Source of the DNA: a virus
Reading direction: 5' to 3' (one strand)
IMG/VR virus record: IMGVR_UViG_3300032163_000002
Span: 77,028-141,027 of that record
Length of the DNA: 64,000 nucleotides
Each line of letters begins with the position of its first letter. The stretch's first letter is position 1. Of this stretch, positions 57,090-64,000 are shown piece after piece. The notes below the pieces were generated by a model. That model was not told where the DNA came from. It ran no database searches and saw only the letters and a list, made by a program, of their open reading frames with translations. The position numbers and the translations under genes are program-made.

Positions 57090-57903
57090 AAAAGGAGGCC
57101 GAAAACGGCATGTCCGCCTTAAAATAATTTCCACATCGAGGAGCCTGACACTCCAAATCCAATGCGGTAATGACTCCGGGAGTGGTCTCTTCTACGGCTT
57201 CTTTAAGAGTGCTGATATCTTCCCCAATGAGATTCTCAATAAAACGCAAAGCCGCCGAAATTTCGTAAGGCTTACCATCAACCGACAAAACATGCTTTGC
57301 CATGCGATAAATGAAAGCTGGATCGCCTGCTTCAAGTCCATGTGCCTTTGAAGTCTCTCGACGGGTATATCTGATGATGTCCGCGTCGTCCTTACCCCGA
57401 AGAAGACGAAATTCGACGTTCACCTTCAACCGAGGAAGCATGATTGTAAACGGTTCCCTGAAATCATCTGGTGCCATCTTCAACTCAAAATCTTCAGGAA
57501 TTTCACAGGACGCATCCACCCGAGCGCCGCAATCCGGGCATTTAGTTGTGAACTCGTAATGACTACCATAACTATTCGCTCGAAGAACCAGCATCAAATA
57601 GAATTTGTCAGATGAGAGCATCTCATCCACCGAAAGCACCAGTGCTGGATTAGGGTCCGACTTCATGCACCGCTTCAAAATGATGTCAAAAATTTCTGAC
57701 ACGTTCGAAGCTGTCATCCCGGCAACGAGTGCTTCCTCACGTCCAGTAATGGGGAAAAGCTCTACGAGACCAGTAGGGCACTTGTCACTATAAAGCTTCC
57801 CCCGAGAGGGAAGCTCCACGATGCCTGTAGTGCGAAGGTGATTATCCGATGCGGAAATTGAAGCCGCAATCGGGACAGGGGCTGTCTTGAGATCCGTTGT
57901 CAT
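57052..57903 (-). CDS. Tail assembly chaperone/baseplate hub assembly protein (T4 gp26-like)
   Basis: VELPSRG, LVLRANSYG..Y, CPDCG, FRLLRGKD; AAGGAG SD. Confidence 0.8.
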   Translation of the reverse strand: MTTDLKTAPVPIAASISASDNHLRTTGIVELPSRGKLYSDKCPTGLVELFPITGREEALVAGMTASNVSEIFDIILKRCMKSDPNPALVLSVDEMLSSDKFYLMLVLRANSYGSHYEFTTKCPDCGARVDASCEIPEDFELKMAPDDFREPFTIMLPRLKVNVEFRLLRGKDDADIIRYTRRETSKAHGLEAGDPAFIYRMAKHVLSVDGKPYEISAALRFIENLIGEDISTLKEAVEETTPGVITALDLECQAPRCGNYFKADMPFSASFFRANKRGKGKSV

Positions 57904-57939
57904 AAGCGTTCTCTCCTTTTCTCTCTCTCTCCGAATAAT

Positions 57940-58530
57940 TCAACGAGGTGAAACTCTGCCACCTTCAAGATACGTAATGACCGCAGCAAGACTGGTCGAA
58001 TTGTCTCGAAAATTTCCCAAACCGATGTTACAATGATGACATAATATACCACGTACTCTTCCGGTTTTGTGGTCATGATCTATATGACTATGCGCACTCC
58101 AAAGCTCTAATTCATTACCACAAATTGCGCAACAACTATTTTGTGTCTGGAAAATAGCAGTGAACGCTTCTCGGGTTAGTCCGTATTTTTTATGTCGATA
58201 CCAAGCAATAGCATCAGGCGCTCGCGGTCGTCCACGTTTAGACGCAGATTTAATAGATGGCGCTTTTTTCTTCGGATGAGTTGCTCGATATGCTGCATTA
58301 TAGACTTTAACACGAGCTGTGTCCTTAAGATGAGTTGCTCGATATGCTGCATTATAGGCTTTAACATTAGCCGTATGCTTAATACGCCATGCCACGCATT
58401 GAGCTTTAGCATGATCCAAATGATTAGCACGCCACCTTACCGATCGTTTTGTCTGAGGGCTTTTTTCGGTCGGTAAAGTAGAATCTACTAATTCAAGGGC
58501 ATGCATTGACGCTCTCCTTATCCGAATCAA
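57940..58530 (-). CDS. Free-standing endonuclease VII-type HNH nuclease
   Basis: KKYGLT, Q...CAIC, HIDHDHKTGRVRGILCHHCNIGLG; internal YNAAYRATH duplication. Confidence 0.88.
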   Translation of the reverse strand: MIRIRRASMHALELVDSTLPTEKSPQTKRSVRWRANHLDHAKAQCVAWRIKHTANVKAYNAAYRATHLKDTARVKVYNAAYRATHPKKKAPSIKSASKRGRPRAPDAIAWYRHKKYGLTREAFTAIFQTQNSCCAICGNELELWSAHSHIDHDHKTGRVRGILCHHCNIGLGNFRDNSTSLAAVITYLEGGRVSPR

Positions 58531-58603
58531 ACTGCGTTTAACATTCGAAAATCGGAAGAAAAAGAGCGCCTTTACAGACCTCCCTATACATCAAAAATTA
58601 AGT

Positions 58604-59113
58604 CTAGAAAAGCGGGTAAGCCTTATCTACGGAGAGCTTAATGCTGATCTTATAAATCTGGTTTCCTTCAGCATAATTAAGCTGCTCAGCTTCTATCGAC
58701 TTCGGCCAAACACCGATAAGCTGGTAACGCCGCTCAATACCGTTATCCGGTCCAATTAGAACGATGTTTCCTTGCTTCTTATAGGTAGAAGCAAGCCCAT
58801 GATTTCCAGTAGCTGGATCATGAACCATCTTTTTCCACTGCATAATCGAGGAATAGGCGGGCTCATCCACATGATCCTTGATCACGAAAGTTGCCTCGCC
58901 CCACTTTGCTTGTCCTGCGACCTTTACGATTTCGTTCAGGTAAGCAAGAGGAATTTCCTCGTTTTCTACGGATGACGGCTGAAAACTTTCCGCTGAAAGT
59001 TTCAGAACATCCTGACCGGGAACACCATAAAGCTCGATTTCCCAATCGTATTTACGCTGAGGCTCGTATCCACCGCCTTGCGGAGCGAGGTGAGCTGCTG
59101 ACATTCTTGCCAC
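58604..59113 (-). CDS. Tail tube protein (T4 gp19-like)
   Basis: EPQRKYDW, YLNE.VKVAG, W...VHDPATG..G.ASTYKK, GVWP; AGGAGG SD and ACTATC upstream. Confidence 0.85.
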   Translation of the reverse strand: MARMSAAHLAPQGGGYEPQRKYDWEIELYGVPGQDVLKLSAESFQPSSVENEEIPLAYLNEIVKVAGQAKWGEATFVIKDHVDEPAYSSIMQWKKMVHDPATGNHGLASTYKKQGNIVLIGPDNGIERRYQLIGVWPKSIEAEQLNYAEGNQIYKISIKLSVDKAYPLF

Positions 59114-59170
59114 GGTTAACCCTCCTATTTAGATAGTATCAAGCCGTGTTTATGTTAGAAAAATTTATCC

Positions 59171-60577
59171 TTAATAACCAAAACACACGAAGGAAATCTT
59201 TTCGGTCGGAGTTAGGGCATTAGAGCTGATATCGACGTATCCCGTCGTCGAGAGGATGTTCAGGGGCGTCGCCGTCGTCTGAGCATTCGCCGTACAGGCC
59301 GGCGCATTCGCGAAGGCGATGTTGAACGTCAGGCGGCAGGAAGTCGCCGATGTCCCGCCGACTGTGATGATCCCGACCTGATCTTTCCCAACGACGGATG
59401 GGGCGCCGGTCACGCCGCAGGAATTCGTGGTCGTCCCGGCGACGGTCGGAGCGGTGCCGAGACTTATAAGCCGATTTGTGGCGATGCGACCGTCAGCCAT
59501 AACCGACGCCAGTGGGACATCATTAACATCCGTCCAGTCCTGAAGATTGGCCGTCTGCGACGTAGCCCCCTTTACGGTCACGGGCGGATAACTCGCGATA
59601 CCCGTGAACCGCGTACCAAGCCCCGAGAGCCATGTAACCGGAGCGCTAGTAGAAACCCGCCCGAGTTGAAGATTCAAAGTAAATGCCTCGTCCACATCGG
59701 TCGAGTAGATGAGTGTCCCACCGTTCGGCTTCGTGATCTGACCGTAAGCCGTGATCGCGAGCTGTTGCGTGTTCGAACTGTTACGCACATCGAGAACGTC
59801 CGAAGTGTCCGCAACGCCACGGTGGACGAAAATGGTCGTATTTGGCGCGATGCCCACGACCTGCGGAGTCCCTGCCGCGAGATAGAACGCCGGGGCGAAC
59901 GTCGCCTGCCCACCAATGGGTGCCCCCGAACGAAGACTGAATCCGATGGTGTCAAAATCGAAAGCGGCTGACCCGAAGCCTGAGTAGAAACCATAACGAA
60001 CTGGACGACTGTGAGTGGCGTCAGCATCGTAATTTTCAAGAAACGTCTCGTAGTAGGTGTGCCCGTCTCCCACATAATAGAAGTTGTTCTCCACCGCCCA
60101 AAACAGGCGCGGGTGATTGGTCTTCACGGGAGCGTAGTTGTAACCCCAATACGTCAGCGGGCACTTGACCCCGCTGAACTCGTTGGTCCCCGCCCAAAGG
60201 CCGACGGTCGCAACGGTCGAATCTATAGGAGGCATCGTTGCAAGGTTGTGCCCGACCATGTCGAACGGCGGCACCGCAATGAAGCCGGTGTCGGCCCTTG
60301 AAACGCCCGTAAGATTGGCGTTCCCCGTCTGCTGCGTGCCGGGGGTCGCCGTCTGGAGAGCGATTGCTCCGCCGTCATTCGTCGGCGTCACTGCGATAGA
60401 GCCCGTGAGCGCATCCGCAGCAAGACCAAGAGTAAGTGGTGCGCTACCTGTCGCAGAAGAAAGACCGCCTCCAGACGAAGCTGGTGTAAATAACGGCCCA
60501 GCTTTTTCCGTTCCTGCTTTTTGCCCGAAAACCGGAAAAGCAAAGAGAAGAAGTAATGCAAGTGCGCGCTTCATCAT
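59171..60577 (-). CDS. Signal-peptide-bearing fibre-like protein
   Basis: MMKRALALLLLFAFPVFGQ N-terminus; GATSQTANLQDW; C-terminal G.ITVG...TF..AFANAP.C fibre-tip-like domain. Confidence 0.65.
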   Translation of the reverse strand: MMKRALALLLLFAFPVFGQKAGTEKAGPLFTPASSGGGLSSATGSAPLTLGLAADALTGSIAVTPTNDGGAIALQTATPGTQQTGNANLTGVSRADTGFIAVPPFDMVGHNLATMPPIDSTVATVGLWAGTNEFSGVKCPLTYWGYNYAPVKTNHPRLFWAVENNFYYVGDGHTYYETFLENYDADATHSRPVRYGFYSGFGSAAFDFDTIGFSLRSGAPIGGQATFAPAFYLAAGTPQVVGIAPNTTIFVHRGVADTSDVLDVRNSSNTQQLAITAYGQITKPNGGTLIYSTDVDEAFTLNLQLGRVSTSAPVTWLSGLGTRFTGIASYPPVTVKGATSQTANLQDWTDVNDVPLASVMADGRIATNRLISLGTAPTVAGTTTNSCGVTGAPSVVGKDQVGIITVGGTSATSCRLTFNIAFANAPACTANAQTTATPLNILSTTGYVDISSNALTPTEKISFVCFGY

Positions 60578-60586
60578 GCTCTCCTA

Positions 60587-61249
60587 TCAGGTAGGAGTTG
60601 GGCTAGGCGTCGGTGTCATTGTTGGCGTAACCGTTGGAGTAACTGTCGGCGTAACCGTTGGAGTAACTGTCGGCGTCTCCGTAACCGTAGGCGTAATTGT
60701 CGGAGTCACGGTCGGAGTAATTGTTGGCGTCCGTGTTGGTGTAGGCGTAATTGTTGGCGTAAAAGTCGGAGTCGCCGTTGGATAAAATGCAACTGGCGTG
60801 TATGTCGGCGTTGGTCCCGGAGTTGCTACTATTCGAAACAACCCCGAATAATTCGAAGCAGCTCTGAGAATAACTGTTAAACTACCCGCAGTTCGAGTCC
60901 AAACTACTCGAAAATATGCCGGAGGAGATTCTACATATAAAAGATTCGGAAGTGTTGTGGTGCTGTAAAAAGAATACCATTCTGCTGTTCCTGCGAGAAC
61001 TTTTACTTCAGTATCTGTCGTTCCTTGAAGTGCCAGTGTTCCTGTTCCTGTTCCATAAGCCTGAACATGAATCACGTCACTACTACTGGTAGTCACGATG
61101 GCATAAGGAGTAGAAGTGGTCGTAGAACTTACCGCATCCATAAGCACGATTGGAGACACATTTATCGGATCATTTTGCGCTGAAGCGACAATAATGATTC
61201 CAAAAGCCAGTAAAATCCCAAAAATCCAATGGGTAAACGTCTTTTTCAT
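60587..61249 (-). CDS. Signal-peptide protein with beta-sandwich domain and Pro/Thr-repeat tail
   Basis: MKKTFTHWIFGILLAFGIIIVASAQ; C-terminal (TPT[VIF])n; likely start 61249. Confidence 0.7.
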   Translation of the reverse strand: MKKTFTHWIFGILLAFGIIIVASAQNDPINVSPIVLMDAVSSTTTSTPYAIVTTSSSDVIHVQAYGTGTGTLALQGTTDTEVKVLAGTAEWYSFYSTTTLPNLLYVESPPAYFRVVWTRTAGSLTVILRAASNYSGLFRIVATPGPTPTYTPVAFYPTATPTFTPTITPTPTRTPTITPTVTPTITPTVTETPTVTPTVTPTVTPTVTPTMTPTPSPTPT

Positions 61250-61289
61250 GGCCCCTCTCTTCACGGACTCATCTCCAAAGGGATAGTTA

Positions 61290-61625
61290 CTACGTTTTCG
61301 GCAAAGATGCTGGAACAGGTGATTGCCCTCCTCCATTAGATTGCGTATCTCGCCGGTCTACACCACTCTTGAGCCATTCCTGATGTGCAGCATATTGTGG
61401 CGTCAACATACCGGGAGTTATCGCCTTCATTCTGAAAAAAATCCCAAGACCGTCCGCAATGAAGGAAGCCACCGTCAGCACGTAGGTCGTAATGTCATTC
61501 ACCTGCCCGAGTGAATCTGAACCAAGAATTTGTTTTGCTACGAGAATTTTCAGAATCATCGAGACGAAAATGGCAATGACCGTTCGGTAAGTGGCGAGAT
61601 TCTTCAAAAATGCTACAAATTTCAT
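61290..61625 (-). CDS. Putative holin (two TM segments)
   Basis: Two hydrophobic helices; directly downstream of the endolysin. Confidence 0.6.
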   Translation of the reverse strand: MKFVAFLKNLATYRTVIAIFVSMILKILVAKQILGSDSLGQVNDITTYVLTVASFIADGLGIFFRMKAITPGMLTPQYAAHQEWLKSGVDRRDTQSNGGGQSPVPASLPKT

Positions 61626-62116
61626 GACTGCACTCCTGTATCAGTAACGTGTGTTGATGGTGGGGTATAAATAGGCCCCGGAACTTCCACATGGGGAAAG
61701 TCCTTGAACTTACCGAGAAAATCTGCGCCTGAACGCAATCCGTACTTGTGTGCAAGAAATTGAAGCGGAAAGTAATAACTGTCATTTGTCATATACTTTC
61801 CCCCGATAAACACTCCAAAATCCACAGCCTTCGATTTCGGCTCGATTGGATCAGGAAGATGCTTCGAAAATTTCGTGCGGCCATCAACTTTCGTCACAAT
61901 TTCATTATCATCTTCAGACAGGATGGTATAAGTGCCATCCAAATTTTCTTGAATTTCCCTACCTACTTTGAAACAAGCCCACTGCTCAGTGGAAGACCGA
62001 AGCACACAGATTACACGAAGCTCCCTATCCGGATACACTTGCTGATAATCAGCAAGAATTTTCGGTGCCACACTTTGAAGAACAGGAACGGCATCAGTCA
62101 AATTTCTAGTCGGCAT
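61622..62116 (-). CDS. Endolysin, M15-family peptidase
   Basis: LRS..EQ, SKH, AVDF, DFPHVE. Confidence 0.85.
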   Translation of the reverse strand: MPTRNLTDAVPVLQSVAPKILADYQQVYPDRELRVICVLRSSTEQWACFKVGREIQENLDGTYTILSEDDNEIVTKVDGRTKFSKHLPDPIEPKSKAVDFGVFIGGKYMTNDSYYFPLQFLAHKYGLRSGADFLGKFKDFPHVEVPGPIYTPPSTHVTDTGVQS

Positions 62117-62471
62117 TTTTAATTACCTCGTCATCTATGTCGATACCCAATTCACGCAAACGTAATATGAGTACCTGAATGACTCCGCGTAACCGAAGAA
62201 TGCTTTCTCTCAGAGTATAAACTTCATTGCGTAATTCCTTATTGTCCTTTCGCTCAGCTTGAAGATCATTACTGATTTGTTTACGAAAATTATTCTCTTC
62301 TTCAGTAAGCGTCTGCATGCGTGTAACAGAGACATCTTCCTTGTTCTTACGCTGCTTATAAATGAGTTCAAGCCCCTTGGCGATAATAGCCGTCAAAGAT
62401 GCTGCAATAATCCCTACAACTCCTGCCTGTGCTTGAGCTGAATTTAACAGACCAGTCTCAAACAGAAGCAT
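62106..62471 (-). CDS. Membrane-anchored coiled-coil protein (lysis cassette)
   Basis: N-terminal TM segment followed by a coiled coil. Confidence 0.6.
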   Translation of the reverse strand: MLLFETGLLNSAQAQAGVVGIIAASLTAIIAKGLELIYKQRKNKEDVSVTRMQTLTEEENNFRKQISNDLQAERKDNKELRNEVYTLRESILRLRGVIQVLILRLRELGIDIDDEVIKNAD

Positions 62472-62964
62472 GATTTATTTTATCCTCTACAAGAATACGT
62501 CGAAACGAAGCAAAAGCAATTCCGCACATGATACTGAAAAACCCTGTGGTAAAGGAATAAGGATTAAATGAAACCTGTGTTAAAATCAAAATAAGCCAAA
62601 GAAGCATGCTTCCAAGAAGCCAAAGCTTTCTATAAAATGAATGCGTACTGCAATAGGAAAGTATTCCGAGAATTGTCAATATCAACACAAAAAGAAAACT
62701 TAACTTTCCCGAAATCAATGTGAAATCAAATTCTTCTGTTTCTCTATGCGGATTCCCCATTAAAAAATAGTAAATCATTCCTATACAGAGCCACAAGGTT
62801 CCCCCTAACAGGAGAAGTTCTATTTGTGAAATACTAGAAAGAAAGCGTTTAGGTGTTTGCGATAACATGAAACGAATTTTCTTACGATCATCTCTACCAG
62901 TCTGCTGAGATTGTAGAAAAGAAGACTCAAAGGAATTAGATTTCATGTGATCGGTAAACATCAA
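62458..62964 (-). CDS. Four-TM membrane protein (holin/antiholin candidate)
   Basis: Four hydrophobic segments; ACTATC and AGGA upstream. Confidence 0.6.
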   Translation of the reverse strand: MMFTDHMKSNSFESSFLQSQQTGRDDRKKIRFMLSQTPKRFLSSISQIELLLLGGTLWLCIGMIYYFLMGNPHRETEEFDFTLISGKLSFLFVLILTILGILSYCSTHSFYRKLWLLGSMLLWLILILTQVSFNPYSFTTGFFSIMCGIAFASFRRILVEDKINHASV

Positions 62965-63009
62965 GTCTTCCTATAAGATAGTTCTTCATCATCATTTTCC
63001 ACAAATTTA

Positions 63010-63114
63010 TCATGCGATAACCCACCGACTAACGAGAGCAAGGAAAAGCACGACAAGGAGTGCTAAAAGAAAAACCGGACGGTGGTCGTCACGGCAGCCG
63101 AAGGCTTCGGTCAC
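63010..63114 (-). CDS. Small hydrophobic peptide (34 aa)
   Basis: GTGA-coupled start; VFLLALLVVLFLALV. Confidence 0.35.
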   Translation of the reverse strand: MTEAFGCRDDHRPVFLLALLVVLFLALVSRWVIA

Positions 63115-64000
63115 GGCGTCCCCAGCCCGTAGAGCGTGAACACGCTTCCGTTCAGGAACGAGGTCGGGACCGAGAACGTCAAGCGGGTGATCGCAGCGGT
63201 GGATTTCCACGCCGCCGTGACGATCACGCGATAGGTACTCGTCGAGGTCGTCCCGGTCAGCCCGCCGCTGTCTACGACGACGCGCTTAAAGAACGTCGTG
63301 CCGAGATAGTTGCTGATCGAAAGCCGCCCATCGAAAGCGTAATTCGCCGTCGAGGTCGCGCCAGTAGGACCGCCGATGTACATTCCGGCGGCAGTGGGCG
63401 ACGTTACCGCAGCGGTCACGGTCGTGTTGTTTGCTTGGATGAGCTGCCCGGAATCGTAGTTCCCCGAGGTCCCGTCATTGTTGATCTTGAGATACATGTT
63501 TTCGTAAGTCGCGCTCACGTTACTGCGGCATTGGTAGATCACAATGAGGTCCGTGAACGTTGTGGGGATCGAGGTAAAATCCACCGTGGCCTGCGAGCCC
63601 GCCGTCGTGATCTTGGAAATCTGGACCCAGCCGCCGGACCACGCGAGGCCGGTAGAGGCTGCCGATGACGCCGCGAGTACCTTCCCGTCCGCGTCAACGG
63701 GGAGCCGATCAGGCGTTGTCGAATAAGTCTGCACGTCTCCCTTCGTAGTAACCGATGCCGCTGCTGGAAGAGCCCACTTCAAACCGAGCGCCTGAGTCGA
63801 ATCGGCTGTGAGAACGTAAGCGTTCGTCCCGACCGGGATACGGTTCGCCGCCGTGTCGTATCCCTGAAGATCACCCTTCGTAGTAACCGATGCCGCTGCT
63901 GGAAGAGCCCACTTCAAACCGAGCGCCTGAGTCGAATCGGCTGTGAGAACGTAAGCGTTCGTCCCGACCGGGATACGGTTCGCCGCCGTGTCGTATCCCT
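63111..64000 (-). CDS. Fibre-like protein with TTKGD repeats (5' end outside the window)
   Basis: The frame stays open to the window edge; repeat TTKGDLQGYDTAANRIPVGTNAYVLTADSTQALGLKW; C-domain FTSIPTT.TDL...AIT.LT...GS.FTLYG. Confidence 0.75.
   Translation of the reverse strand, partial: GYDTAANRIPVGTNAYVLTADSTQALGLKWALPAAASVTTKGDLQGYDTAANRIPVGTNAYVLTADSTQALGLKWALPAAASVTTKGDVQTYSTTPDRLPVDADGKVLAASSAASTGLAWSGGWVQISKITTAGSQATVDFTSIPTTFTDLIVIYQCRSNVSATYENMYLKINNDGTSGNYDSGQLIQANNTTVTAAVTSPTAAGMYIGGPTGATSTANYAFDGRLSISNYLGTTFFKRVVVDSGGLTGTTSTSTYRVIVTAAWKSTAAITRLTFSVPTSFLNGSVFTLYGLGTP
63739..64000. repeat. Perfect 135-bp tandem repeat (45 aa)
   Basis: cccttcgtagtaacc at 63739 and 63874, identical to the window end. 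Confidence 0.93.

Noticed and set aside
40931-59113. Extracellular contractile injection system or T6SS locus
   Set aside because: Terminase, portal, lysis and replication genes in the same window indicate a phage.
1-64000. Genome-wide TAG or TGA reassignment
   Set aside because: All long genes are intact in code 11 and both codons terminate well-defined genes; only one internal TAG was found.
35923-64000. Diversity-generating retroelement or invertible fibre cassette
   Set aside because: No reverse transcriptase or invertase, and no adenine-variable repeat pair was seen by eye.
1-64000. tRNA, rRNA, integrase/att sites, major capsid and sheath genes
   Set aside because: None were recognised in this window. 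tRNAscan and HMM searches were not run.

Overview
This window is a contiguous piece of a large contractile-tailed (myovirus-like) dsDNA phage genome, with no host-chromosome genes recognised. It has four blocks. (1) 1-13 kb, minus strand, replication and recombination: RecA/UvsX, gp32-like SSB, UvsY-like protein, UDG-fused family A DNA polymerase, CobT-like vWA plus CobS/MoxR AAA pair, primase, DnaB-like helicase, SLOG protein and UvsW-like helicase. (2) 13-22.8 kb, minus strand: small early genes and a non-coding, origin-like region. (3) 22.9-33.5 kb, plus strand, packaging and head: putative TerS, TerL, T4 gp20-like portal, HU and a head morphogenesis protein. (4) 33.6-64 kb, minus strand: tail fibre, baseplate, spike, tape measure, tail chaperones, tube, lysis genes and fibre-like genes. 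The most notable unexplained structure is regulatory. Five early sigma70-type promoters carry a palindromic CTTAC-N4-GTAAG operator, and three of them appear to drive leaderless mRNAs. An ACTATC motif sits just upstream of late-gene RBSs. A promoter-to-terminator small RNA unit lies at 13.1 kb. An intergenic hairpin RNA at 35.0 kb has a loop that pairs at 20 of 21 nt with the RBS of the tail-assembly chaperone gene 23 kb away, and that gene carries a candidate +1 frameshift. Four inteins occur, all in morphogenesis genes (TerL, portal, head morphogenesis, gp25 baseplate). All calls come from manual motif reading; no database searches were run.
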